Made by a program: the position numbers and the translations under genes. Shown here in pieces: positions 1 through 8,692 of a stretch of 57,561 nt of DNA; positions within the stretch are counted from its first letter, which is position 1, and each line of letters opens with the position of its first letter. Origin of the DNA: a virus (Duplodnaviria; Caudoviricetes); IMG/VR virus record IMGVR_UViG_3300005095_000010, positions 1 to 57,561 of that record; one strand, 5' to 3'. The notes beneath the pieces were generated by a model, which was not told where the DNA came from, did no database searches, and saw only the letters and a list, made by a program, of their open reading frames with translations.

Positions 1-74
1 TTCTCCTTAATTGTTAAAGTTACAGGCTGTAACTTTTCAGTTTTGTTACAGCACCTCATTCCAAATACAAGTGT

Positions 75-103
75 ATTATAACATCTTTACGGCAATTTGT
101 CAA
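75..103 (-). promoter_or_regulatory. sigma70-type early promoter
   Basis: Minus strand TTGACA-N17-TATAAT with TG extended -10. Confidence 0.85.
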
Positions 104-104
104 G

Positions 105-491
105 CTACCAGTCGTAGATAGCACCTATAAAATCCTGCTTAAACATCCATTCTAAATACTCCTCAAGCTCAGAATCGGTAATGGATAATTCTTCCCTCCT
201 ATCTAACATGGACTCATATAGAGATAAATATAGATACTGTTCAAATTTCTCTATATAAAATGTGTCCAACAACGTCCACCCCTTCTCATTAAAGAGATTT
301 GGGTATTCATACAAACCATAAATTCCTGTAAAAATTCCACCACGCACAGCTTTTTTATAAAGCTCAAACCTTTCTTGTAATGGGCGAGTTGTATCTCTAA
401 CATACTCTCTCAATACCTGACCTTGCTCTTTCACCTCCTCTAAAGCCCTTTCTGCGGCTGCAAAAGCTTCTTTAACCTCTTCATAATTCAT
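105..491 (-). CDS. hypothetical early protein
   Basis: 128-aa ORF with AGGAG RBS. Confidence 0.75.
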   Translation of the reverse strand: MNYEEVKEAFAAAERALEEVKEQGQVLREYVRDTTRPLQERFELYKKAVRGGIFTGIYGLYEYPNLFNEKGWTLLDTFYIEKFEQYLYLSLYESMLDRREELSITDSELEEYLEWMFKQDFIGAIYDW

Positions 492-516
492 CTCTGTCTC
501 CTTTCATTACAGCATA

Positions 517-2454
517 TCACTTACTCGACACAATCTTGTAAGGTTTACCATCAATCTTGATAGGGATATTCAACCCATCTTTACCATCTGCAATACCAAG
601 CACGATAGCACCATTTGGCTCAACATTAAAAGCGGTCTTATCACCTACAAGTTCAAGAACTTTACGATGCCCCTTCAATTCTGGCTTCATAGCATCAATA
701 AATAGCCCACGAATCTTCTCGTCAGATGTATATTTGTACCCGTCAAGCACAAAGAATGTGTGATGTAGGGTACTTTGCTCAGGGCTGCTCAAAATTGTTG
801 ATACGTCATACCACTTAGCTTCGACTTCCTTGTCAGAAACTTGGTAAGCAGATTTAAAGTTTACCATCTTACCATTAACAATCTCAAATTCCGCTACTAT
901 GACCTCTCCACTCAGCCGTCTCGGATAATGAATCACCTTAGTTACGTTAGGCGTGGCAATCTCTACATAGAAGTCCTCTTTTACAAAATTACTTCTACGA
1001 CTATACTGATGCACCTTTACAATATACTTACCATCTTCTGGTGAGGACGAGTAAATATTTTCTATTGGAGCTTTACCATCTCTACACCCACCTGCGTTCA
1101 TATCAACATCGAGTTTCCAAGCACCCACACAGCTATCACCAAAGTAAATATGACCTTTAGGAGTTATTATATGTAAATCCAAATCATCGCAGGCAAACCA
1201 AGCCAGAGAGACTCTATAAGGTGCTGTGATATTACCGCCATGTTTCTTAACAGCTTTTGCAATATTCGTAACATCACTTACACCTCCTTCATAAGTCCAA
1301 CCAAATCCACAACCCCAACGGTACATAGGTTTTGAACCTTTATGTAAAGGTACCGATGGAATTGCAATATGATTTCTGTCACTTTCCGTAACAGCTATCT
1401 GGACTGAATCAGCTTTATCAATCAGTCTCATTGCTTCACTCAATGACACCTCTTTACCAGAAGTTACACCCTGTAACTTTTTAGGTTTTGTTGGAAGTGT
1501 TCCAAGAATATCATCAACTTGGTCAGTTACTTCTGATTTTGGTGTAGACTCCCAAATAGTATGATGCTCAATATCAGCCAGTGTTGCGTGCCGTCTGAAA
1601 ATAGACTCAGAGTACCCTTCATCTTTTAGGAATTTTTGTGCAGCCTTTACTTGACGCTCACTTGCAATAGACTTTGCCCTCATGTAATTTGTTGGGTCAA
1701 CAGCCATAAGGTATTTCTTCTCTGCATCTTGAAGAGGAGTTCCTTTTACAATCTCATCAATAAGAATCCACATAGCAGAACCTTTCAGATGACTTGCTGG
1801 TTCCCCCCAGTTTCTTGCCAAGAAAAGGTTCTTATCTTTAGAAGAGTCATACTGCGGTTTCAAAGTCTTTGCACTCTCTACCATAGCTTTATAGGTATCA
1901 CCACGATAAATACCCTCATTGATATAACCAAGTACAGTATCAAGTACCTCCTCATCTACAGCCAATACATTACCAAGTGCCGTCATTCTACCTCTGATTC
2001 TTCCAAGCTCCGCCGTTGCATCCTTGTCAAACATTCTACCGTCTTGCTCAATATTGTAAAAGAAATGGTAGAATTTATCATGCCCCAGTACTGGCTCTTG
2101 GAGTACTGTCAACATCTTACCAGCCTGTGGAATATCTGTTAAGAAAGGTTCTACAATATTACAACCCTCAACATAATCTGCAACCTTACTTAGTACTACA
2201 TCTAATGGGTATGTCATAGATGCTCTTAGAATGGACTTACCATTCTCATCTACCACCTGACCCATATTTCTTAGGAAGTGAAAACAAGTATTACAGTCAT
2301 ACTCTCTACGCTCATTAAAGATTGGGTTTGTGCCTTCTGGGAAACCCTCTCTATAAATCTCTACAATTTTCTCTTTGTCTGCATCAGTTCTGTAAAATTC
2401 TTTTCTATCCCCGATGTAATCCGCCATTGTTTGTCCGATTTTTTTAAATTCCAT
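517..2454 (-). CDS. conserved phage protein with N-terminal CxxC and C-terminal YfaP/DUF2135-like domain
   Basis: YDCNTC near the N-terminus; SLAW..DDLDLH...LDVDMN...ENIY...G.Y.V.VHQY motif. Confidence 0.65.
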   Translation of the reverse strand: MEFKKIGQTMADYIGDRKEFYRTDADKEKIVEIYREGFPEGTNPIFNERREYDCNTCFHFLRNMGQVVDENGKSILRASMTYPLDVVLSKVADYVEGCNIVEPFLTDIPQAGKMLTVLQEPVLGHDKFYHFFYNIEQDGRMFDKDATAELGRIRGRMTALGNVLAVDEEVLDTVLGYINEGIYRGDTYKAMVESAKTLKPQYDSSKDKNLFLARNWGEPASHLKGSAMWILIDEIVKGTPLQDAEKKYLMAVDPTNYMRAKSIASERQVKAAQKFLKDEGYSESIFRRHATLADIEHHTIWESTPKSEVTDQVDDILGTLPTKPKKLQGVTSGKEVSLSEAMRLIDKADSVQIAVTESDRNHIAIPSVPLHKGSKPMYRWGCGFGWTYEGGVSDVTNIAKAVKKHGGNITAPYRVSLAWFACDDLDLHIITPKGHIYFGDSCVGAWKLDVDMNAGGCRDGKAPIENIYSSSPEDGKYIVKVHQYSRRSNFVKEDFYVEIATPNVTKVIHYPRRLSGEVIVAEFEIVNGKMVNFKSAYQVSDKEVEAKWYDVSTILSSPEQSTLHHTFFVLDGYKYTSDEKIRGLFIDAMKPELKGHRKVLELVGDKTAFNVEPNGAIVLGIADGKDGLNIPIKIDGKPYKIVSSK

Positions 2455-2498
2455 TTTAATTCCTTTTTAAATTTTTTGAAGTTACAGGTTGTAACTTC

Positions 2499-2912
2499 TT
2501 AATCTGTGATTACCACACACTTAAATTCGTGACCGTTATCATCAAAATAAGTCACAGTGTACTTTTCAACTCTTGCCCACGAGTCCCTATATTCATCATC
2601 TTCTAACCATATATTGTATAGATTATCAATATACTCATCTTCTAGCCCTGAACTAAATACTCCTATACTTTTAGCCAAGTCTATTAATTGTTCCGTTTCG
2701 GGATTACACCATGTATTCCAGTCAAACTTTAGCTTTTCAACATACAGTGCATATAAGTTCAGCAACTTAACAACCTCATCTTTATCCTTATTAAAGATGC
2801 GTAGAGTGCCACCATCAATTTCAGTATCAAACCTAACTTCAATACAAAAAACATTTTTTGGTGGCTCTTTTTTAACAACCTCTACAGAAGTTTTTCTAAT
2901 ATTTGTAATCAC
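2499..2912 (-). CDS. hypothetical protein
   Basis: ORF with AGGAG RBS and GTG start, in operon. Confidence 0.7.
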   Translation of the reverse strand: MITNIRKTSVEVVKKEPPKNVFCIEVRFDTEIDGGTLRIFNKDKDEVVKLLNLYALYVEKLKFDWNTWCNPETEQLIDLAKSIGVFSSGLEDEYIDNLYNIWLEDDEYRDSWARVEKYTVTYFDDNGHEFKCVVITD

Positions 2913-2923
2913 TCACTACTCCT

Positions 2924-3340
2924 TTATAACTCCATTTGAGAATCTCTCCACTCATCATAACATCTATCCTCATAACTGCCAATAGCTGAGGCATACTCGG
3001 AATTTACCCACTCATCTTGTGATGGAAATTCAAACTCTTCATTAATAGAGTTGACAACATCTACCAAAGCTTCTGCTATTACCATATCTCCACCTCTAGC
3101 ACTTGTGGCTTTTTCATACGCCCACTGTGTAAGGTCGTCTACATAGTGTTTACCTCTATACTCTGCTAACAGTTTTTTTACTGGCTCAAGAATACCATCA
3201 CCTTTCAGCTCTGCTTCGGCATAGGTATTCAGATACTCATTCCAAGCCTCCTCCTCGGCATCCCAATAATCGCCCTCATGGTCTTCATAAAACTGTTTCC
3301 AACCATCAGCACCCTCTAATTTCTTAGCTCCGTAACACAT
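2924..3340 (-). CDS. acidic hypothetical protein
   Basis: AAGGAGG RBS; very D/E-rich. Confidence 0.75.
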   Translation of the reverse strand: MCYGAKKLEGADGWKQFYEDHEGDYWDAEEEAWNEYLNTYAEAELKGDGILEPVKKLLAEYRGKHYVDDLTQWAYEKATSARGGDMVIAEALVDVVNSINEEFEFPSQDEWVNSEYASAIGSYEDRCYDEWRDSQMEL

Positions 3341-3370
3341 AAATACCTCCTTAAAAGTTACAGGCTGTAA

Positions 3371-3547
3371 CTATTTAGTATACTTGGCAACTGTGATAAT
3401 AGTTTTAGCAAGCATAAAGAATCCCATAAAGATTACAGCGGCAAGATGTCGGGAATTACCTTCCATCTTGTCAAGCTCCTCTCTTACTGATTCTGAAATT
3501 GTATCAACATCCTGCTCAAATTGCATTTGTCCTGAGATACGCATCAT
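3371..3547 (-). CDS. small putative membrane protein (58 aa, not in ORF track)
   Basis: MMRISGQ...LAAVIFMGFFMLAKTIITVAKYTK; start overlaps the upstream stop codon. Confidence 0.6.
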   Translation of the reverse strand: MMRISGQMQFEQDVDTISESVREELDKMEGNSRHLAAVIFMGFFMLAKTIITVAKYTK

Positions 3548-3960
3548 CAATCCTTCAGTGCTGCTCTAAGTTCCGCAATTTCTGCTTCAAGAGACTTGGT
3601 ATCTTTACCTTTGAGTGCTTCCAACTCCTTCTCTTCTTTAAGCTGTTCAAGCAATGCAAGTTTCTCTTTGAGCTGTGCTTTCTTAGTAGCTTCTTCACGC
3701 TCCGCTGTGCGGGTCTCATACACATCCTCCACAAGTGCAACAACCAGCTCTGCAACATTATCTTTACTGGTACGTTTAGTTAGTGACAACTTACTTGAGG
3801 ATTTTGTCTGAGCCTTGAATTTTGCATACACACTCTCAAGGGATTCCCCAACTTTACTCTCAGTAGGTAGTCCCCACAATGCCACAAATGAGAAAGTTTT
3901 ATGAACTCCCTCGATTTTCAAATTTACTTTTGCCGCCTCTTTCCAAATATTTTTTGCCAT
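3547..3960 (-). CDS. coiled-coil phage protein
   Basis: AGGAG RBS; K/E/L heptad-like C-terminus. Confidence 0.75.
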   Translation of the reverse strand: MAKNIWKEAAKVNLKIEGVHKTFSFVALWGLPTESKVGESLESVYAKFKAQTKSSSKLSLTKRTSKDNVAELVVALVEDVYETRTAEREEATKKAQLKEKLALLEQLKEEKELEALKGKDTKSLEAEIAELRAALKD

Positions 3961-3971
3961 AATTTCTCCTT

Positions 3972-4364
3972 TTATCTTTCTTCACTGTTCTTAAAGAACT
4001 CATCAATATCATACCCATAAATACCCAAGATTGTTTCAACATTTTTAGATGATTTGAGATAATCCACCACCACTTCGTGCATAATTGCTTTCCCCTCGTC
4101 AGTAAGGTTATTTACAATATCTGCAATCAGCTCTGCTGTAATTGCATCTTTTTGGTATTTCTTACACAACACACCCTCTACAACCGTAGATACTATTTTT
4201 TGAATGACCACAGAATTATCTTCTGAATTAAACATAATCCACAAATCAACCGCCAGTTGGTGGTCTGTGTCTAACACACCATTTTTATAATCTTCAAGTG
4301 TCTGTTCAGCACTGCTAAACCCTAATGACTTCGCCACGTCATCACTTCTTTTTACTACTAACAT
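3972..4364 (-). CDS. hypothetical protein, paralog of 7941-8327
   Basis: Start moved to ATG 4364 (AAGGAG RBS); shares the G[FY]...KN..LD....LAV.....F.S pattern with 7941-8327. Confidence 0.75.
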   Translation of the reverse strand: MLVVKRSDDVAKSLGFSSAEQTLEDYKNGVLDTDHQLAVDLWIMFNSEDNSVVIQKIVSTVVEGVLCKKYQKDAITAELIADIVNNLTDEGKAIMHEVVVDYLKSSKNVETILGIYGYDIDEFFKNSEER

Positions 4365-4438
4365 CTTTTTCTCCTTAATTGTTAAAGTTACAGGCTGTAA
4401 CTTTTCAGTTATCAGCACCTCATTCCAAATACTTCAGT

Positions 4439-4468
4439 ATTATACCATTTTTATATAACACCTGTCAA
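4439..4468 (-). promoter_or_regulatory. sigma70-type promoter
   Basis: TTGACA-N18-TATAAT on the minus strand. Confidence 0.75.
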
Positions 4469-4473
4469 GTTTT

Positions 4474-4550
4474 GCCCATAAGTTTTTCTTATTTCACGCT
4501 GTACAGGGGCTTTGCGGGTGGGTGGTCAAGACCATCAGTATAGTTTCCCT
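4474..4550 (-). repeat. 77-bp dispersed element, copy A
   Basis: Reverse complement is identical to 53531-53607. Confidence 0.95.
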
Positions 4551-4934
4551 CTACTTAGCTTTTTTAATCATAAGTTTTACACCCTTTCTAATATTTCTTA
4601 GTGTCCTCCTATCAGCTTCGGTCTCATAAAATTCTTTTAATAGTGGTGGGTTATATTCCTTAGCCAAACGACCTAAGTCTGCAAAATCACAATCACGTAC
4701 TTTTGTTTCATACAATTCTGCTAAATAGATATAATCTTTAGCGGTGAACCCATCTGTTTCAATGCTTGTGTAAGCTTTCCCTTTAAATTCATACCACTCA
4801 GTGTTGAGCTCCCTGTCGAAATAATGCCCATCTTTTCCAAAAATTGGTTTAACTTCTTTAAACACAGTGGTATCATCAAACCCACCATCCTTATAATAAC
4901 TTTTTGGTATAGAAAACCTCTTAAATCTACTCAT
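4551..4934 (-). CDS. hypothetical protein
   Basis: 127-aa ORF with AGGAGG upstream. Confidence 0.7.
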   Translation of the reverse strand: MSRFKRFSIPKSYYKDGGFDDTTVFKEVKPIFGKDGHYFDRELNTEWYEFKGKAYTSIETDGFTAKDYIYLAELYETKVRDCDFADLGRLAKEYNPPLLKEFYETEADRRTLRNIRKGVKLMIKKAK

Positions 4935-5064
4935 TTTCTTTGACCTCCTTGAAAATTATACCCTGTAACTTTACAGAATACCCTCACAGTTTAACAAAAC
5001 CACCCCAAAAATCCATTTTCTACCCCTCACCCATACTCAGGCATAGGTAAGGTGTAGAAGTGGT

Positions 5065-5310
5065 TTATTTTGCGTGTTTTTTGTAAGCCTCTCTAATTCT
5101 TCTTAATCTTGTCTTGCTAAGACCTTGCATTTCTGACAATTCTTTTAAGAGACTATCAAGAATTTGATAAGAATCTTGTCCAACATTATCAATATTTTTG
5201 GAGAGAGCTTTAAATTGCTCCCAAGCTTCGGCATGTTTGGCTTCATCTTGTGTGTAATAAGCCTTACCATTCACAACATATCTCACCTCTTTTTTAATCA
5301 TCACTGCCAC
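5065..5310 (-). CDS. hypothetical protein
   Basis: 81-aa ORF overlapping the upstream gene. Confidence 0.65.
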   Translation of the reverse strand: MAVMIKKEVRYVVNGKAYYTQDEAKHAEAWEQFKALSKNIDNVGQDSYQILDSLLKELSEMQGLSKTRLRRIREAYKKHAK

Positions 5311-5521
5311 CTATTTCCTCATAAATATCAAAAGCATAGCAATACTCCCATCGGTCTCTATTATTTGTATCAGTTAAAACTGTACCTGACTCGTCAAATC
5401 CTGTAACTTCTACAATAGTACCAATATCAAATGTGGCAGTACCACTCAACAATTTAAATCTTTTACCAATATCTTTTTCCGTAAGATTGTCTATATCCTC
5501 TTCATGCCAAATTTTACACAT
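5294..5521 (-). CDS. hypothetical protein
   Basis: 75-aa ORF with AAGGAG RBS. Confidence 0.7.
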   Translation of the reverse strand: MCKIWHEEDIDNLTEKDIGKRFKLLSGTATFDIGTIVEVTGFDESGTVLTDTNNRDRWEYCYAFDIYEEIGGSDD

Positions 5522-5548
5522 TTTTACTCCTTAAAATTTTACTCTCTA

Positions 5549-5624
5549 AGGGAAACTATACTGATGGTCTTGACCACCCCCTCGCAAATGCCCGCCACAG
5601 CGGCAAATAAGTTTTTCTTATAGC
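5549..5624 (+). repeat. 77-bp dispersed element, copy B (diverged 3' half)
   Basis: AGGGAAACTATACTGATGGTCTTGACCACCC core is identical to the other copies. Confidence 0.9.
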
Positions 5625-5720
5625 AATTTTTAGCTATTTTTGTATCATTTTCGGGGCTGTTTCCTCTAAGGTGTTACATTAAACCCTCGCAGGTATATTT
5701 TTGAAATATGGATAGTCAGA

Positions 5721-6038
5721 TTACTCCGACTTTACCCCATACTTCTTGTCAATTTCTGCACCGATTTCTTCGAGAGTTTTATAAACCCATTTTGGAAATG
5801 TATCTCCATCACCAGTCACTTGCTCAGAAACCCAACCCATAAATGTTTTATAGATACTTGGTAGTTCCTCTTCACTTGATTTTGTATGGAATGGTACTAA
5901 TGCAATCAGTGATGATAACATGCTCCCCTGCTCCATAGTCAATGAGCCTGTGGCTACATTTTTTGCAAGCACCTTTGATGAGATTTCCGCCACTTCTTTA
6001 ACTACCTTATCCATTTTTTCATTACTTACTTTACTCAT
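5721..6038 (-). CDS. hypothetical protein
   Basis: 105-aa ORF, translationally coupled. Confidence 0.7.
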   Translation of the reverse strand: MSKVSNEKMDKVVKEVAEISSKVLAKNVATGSLTMEQGSMLSSLIALVPFHTKSSEEELPSIYKTFMGWVSEQVTGDGDTFPKWVYKTLEEIGAEIDKKYGVKSE

Positions 6039-6217
6039 TTTCTTTCCTTATATTCTCTTTTCATATTATCCAGCATTTCTGCACTCATATACTCAATCTC
6101 CACCCCACAAACAGAGGCTACTTTATAAGCCCCTGTCCGATTAATGGTTATTACCTTTTTAGTTTGTGGGCAAGCCAGCCAATAGCGGCTAGTGTCAGCA
6201 TTTTTTATCACTCTCAT
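6035..6217 (-). CDS. hypothetical protein
   Basis: 60-aa ORF, coupled overlaps. Confidence 0.6.
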   Translation of the reverse strand: MRVIKNADTSRYWLACPQTKKVITINRTGAYKVASVCGVEIEYMSAEMLDNMKREYKERK

Positions 6218-6797
6218 TGTAATCCTCCAATGTAATTAGTTGGGGGCAGTCAAAACTGAACCGTTGTTTTTTGATACTTGCAGAACATTGCCCTGATTCT
6301 TTATCTCTGTGGAAAATAGCTACAGTATCAGCCCCCTCAAATAATGATGTAGAGCCCTCAAGGGTATTATCAGCTTTTGTATGGTGTACCAAGATGATTG
6401 TAAGTCCTGATTCACGTGCAAGTTTTGTAAGCTCTGTCATAAGCTCATAAGCGTGTTCATCATCATTGATATCAACCTTACTATTTGCACCAAAAGCTTT
6501 TAGGGTATCCACAAATACCACATCATTATGGTCAGCATACTTAGAAATACCTATAAGTCCATTCAGGCTCACACCCTCATAGCTTGGTATACCCATAACG
6601 CTTTCATCACTGTTTATGTAGACAACATTATACCCATCACGTTTGAGTTTCTTATATAACCCCTCCAAATATACCGATTTCCCAACACCACTGGCACCTG
6701 CGAAAATGTTAACACCGCCATGTGCAAAGCACTGTAATCCTTCAAGTGGTTTTAACTCCTCTGCCTTTACTACGTTAAGCTGTTTTGTATCAAGCAT
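6195..6797 (-). CDS. RecA/DnaB-like P-loop ATPase (AAA_25-like)
   Basis: Walker A GASGVGKS, Walker B VVFVD, ILVHH motif, KKQR arginine finger. Confidence 0.75.
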   Translation of the reverse strand: MLDTKQLNVVKAEELKPLEGLQCFAHGGVNIFAGASGVGKSVYLEGLYKKLKRDGYNVVYINSDESVMGIPSYEGVSLNGLIGISKYADHNDVVFVDTLKAFGANSKVDINDDEHAYELMTELTKLARESGLTIILVHHTKADNTLEGSTSLFEGADTVAIFHRDKESGQCSASIKKQRFSFDCPQLITLEDYNESDKKC

Positions 6798-7092
6798 GTG
6801 TGCCTCCTGATTCTGTTGCGTGTTCTGCTACCTCTTCTACCAACTCCTCACCCATAGCTTCCCCAGCTTCGTCCCAAGCTTCATACAACAAAGCTTTCAA
6901 AGCTTCGATATATAGTGCCATCTTTGAATTATCAACCATATAGGTCTCAAATGGGTGGGGGTGCGAGGTGTAATAGTGCCATACCCACATAACAATAGCC
7001 GTGACTCCACCAAATAGGAGTACCTTAAACCCCACCACTCTCACGGCTTTATAAGCCCTTACAACCTTCTCTTCAATTCTCATCTCTCTCAT
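6790..7092 (-). CDS. putative membrane protein
   Basis: Hydrophobic segment VLLFGGVTAIVMWVW and acidic tail. Confidence 0.65.
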   Translation of the reverse strand: MREMRIEEKVVRAYKAVRVVGFKVLLFGGVTAIVMWVWHYYTSHPHPFETYMVDNSKMALYIEALKALLYEAWDEAGEAMGEELVEEVAEHATESGGTHA

Positions 7093-7100
7093 TTTTACTC

Positions 7101-7202
7101 CTAATTATACAATGAAGCAAGATATAAAATTCCACAAAACACCACAAAATCCACCGCCCAGACAAATGCACGCTCTTTAGTGCTGATTGGATGTCTTTTC
7201 AT
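7101..7202 (-). CDS. small membrane peptide (33 aa, not in track)
   Basis: AAGGAG RBS; MKRHPISTKERAFVWAVDFVVFCGILYLASLYN. Confidence 0.55.
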   Translation of the reverse strand: MKRHPISTKERAFVWAVDFVVFCGILYLASLYN

Positions 7203-7362
7203 GTTGTACTCCTTGCTTTTGTTTACGTCTCACTACCCGAATATTTGAAAATTTAGGACGATAACCTCTAACGTACTTACGTTTGATTACAATCCCACCA
7301 CTGATTGTTACCATAACTAAAGAGTGTGCAATCAACTCTTCCAACAATGCTGATTCAATCAT
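7177..7362 (-). CDS. small protein with hydrophobic N-terminus and basic C-terminus
   Basis: 61-aa ORF with AGGAG RBS. Confidence 0.55.
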   Translation of the reverse strand: MIESALLEELIAHSLVMVTISGGIVIKRKYVRGYRPKFSNIRVVRRKQKQGVQHEKTSNQH

Positions 7363-7448
7363 TCTACTTCTCCTGCTATGATAATGTACATCATTGCAAT
7401 CATAAAGACCACAAATGCCACGTCTTCAACAATACTTGGTTCTACCAT
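7359..7448 (-). CDS. small membrane peptide (29 aa, not in track)
   Basis: AAGGAG RBS; MVEPSIVEDVAFVVFMIAMMYIIIAGEVE. Confidence 0.55.
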   Translation of the reverse strand: MVEPSIVEDVAFVVFMIAMMYIIIAGEVE

Positions 7449-7450
7449 AA

Positions 7451-7675
7451 TCACTCCTTAATGTTATCCTTTACCCAAGCTTCTACAGCTTCTCTGTGTT
7501 TATGATAATAACCATCAACACTCGTACCTGTATACAGTGCTTCCATAGCCTTGTAAGTTACAGGAATACCTTTCCATTTGTCCGGGTTAGACATATACAC
7601 CACCTCATTCGTAACCTTGTTACAGATTACAAAGTCGAACTCGAAAGGGAATATTACTAAATCTTCAATGTTCAT
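7451..7675 (-). CDS. hypothetical protein
   Basis: AAGGA RBS directly after a palindrome copy. Confidence 0.7.
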   Translation of the reverse strand: MNIEDLVIFPFEFDFVICNKVTNEVVYMSNPDKWKGIPVTYKAMEALYTGTSVDGYYHKHREAVEAWVKDNIKE

Positions 7676-7708
7676 GTTAAATCCTTAAAAGTTATAGGCT
7701 GTAACTTA

Positions 7709-7957
7709 TCAGGCTATGATAAGTACTTCCTCAATACAGTGCTTAGGCACTTCATAGAATCTACCTACACCATACTCCCAAGTATAGGTATCTTCAATCT
7801 CATCATACACTACATTAATCTCCCTACACTCACCCAAGTATTGGTCAAGGGATTTGTCTGGAAACCCAGTAGGTTTGATAATAACTGTCATGTATTCTAC
7901 AGAAAACTCTGGCGGAGTTTTAAGCTTCTCCCAGAATTTTCTAATCTTTGTCAACAT
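7709..7957 (-). CDS. hypothetical protein
   Basis: 82-aa ORF. Confidence 0.65.
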   Translation of the reverse strand: MLTKIRKFWEKLKTPPEFSVEYMTVIIKPTGFPDKSLDQYLGECREINVVYDEIEDTYTWEYGVGRFYEVPKHCIEEVLIIA

Positions 7958-8327
7958 CTCCCATACCTCCTAATGTGGACAACAGTTCCGAGATATCTGG
8001 CTGTTTTGGCAGTTCCATAGATTGTTGCAAACGCTTTTTAAAGTCTCCAACAGCTTTTTCGGGGATGGTATTTACCAAAGTTTCTGCCATACCAGATACC
8101 GTGGTACACCCATACAAAGCTTCCATAGTTGCAATGTACATTATCTGAGCATTTCTTGGAAGGCTTTGAAATACCATTACAATCTCTACTGCGAGCTCTT
8201 GATTTTTGTCCAGCTTGTTATTTTTGAAGGCTGTTAGTAATTCACCCATAGTTTCATAGCCGAAAGCCTCCGAGATTTTTTCCGTGCCTTTTTTAAGACT
8301 TAGTTTTTTCTCAGTTGTTTGTTTCAT
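7941..8327 (-). CDS. hypothetical protein, paralog of 3972-4364
   Basis: Similar N-terminal half and same upstream promoter module. Confidence 0.75.
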   Translation of the reverse strand: MKQTTEKKLSLKKGTEKISEAFGYETMGELLTAFKNNKLDKNQELAVEIVMVFQSLPRNAQIMYIATMEALYGCTTVSGMAETLVNTIPEKAVGDFKKRLQQSMELPKQPDISELLSTLGGMGDVDKD

Positions 8328-8451
8328 TGTTAATCCTTTAAAGTTAATTTAGGCTGAGACCAAATTCTCATTAAGAAGTGGTGAGCTTCGCCAAAGTTAT
8401 AGGCTGTAACTTTTCAAATTTGTTACAGCACCTCAATTAAATTGTAACCGT

Positions 8452-8480
8452 ATTATAACATCTTTACAAGTATTTGTCAA
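8452..8480 (-). promoter_or_regulatory. sigma70-type promoter
   Basis: TTGACA-N17-TATAAT, extended -10. Confidence 0.85.
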
Positions 8481-8494
8481 GCTTATAATACTAA

Positions 8495-8692
8495 TTAAGT
8501 TAACTTAAATCCACAGATTTTCTCTGCTTCTTTAGTTGCATTGTAGGATGTTGTCAAATCAACTATCCCATTTACATAATTCCAGTGTGTTTTTGTTGCT
8601 TTTTGGATAGCTTCTTCACACTGGGGTGTCAGATTTTCGGTGGACTGCACAGAAATTGTGCAGAAAACTGCAAATAATAATACCTTACTCAT
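8495..8692 (-). CDS. small putative secreted protein
   Basis: Signal-peptide-like N-terminus and two downstream Cys. Confidence 0.55.
   Translation of the reverse strand: MSKVLLFAVFCTISVQSTENLTPQCEEAIQKATKTHWNYVNGIVDLTTSYNATKEAEKICGFKLT

Noticed and set aside
4365-4418. N-terminal extension of ORF 3972-4418
   Set aside because: It runs through the palindrome and leader; the RBS supports ATG 4364.
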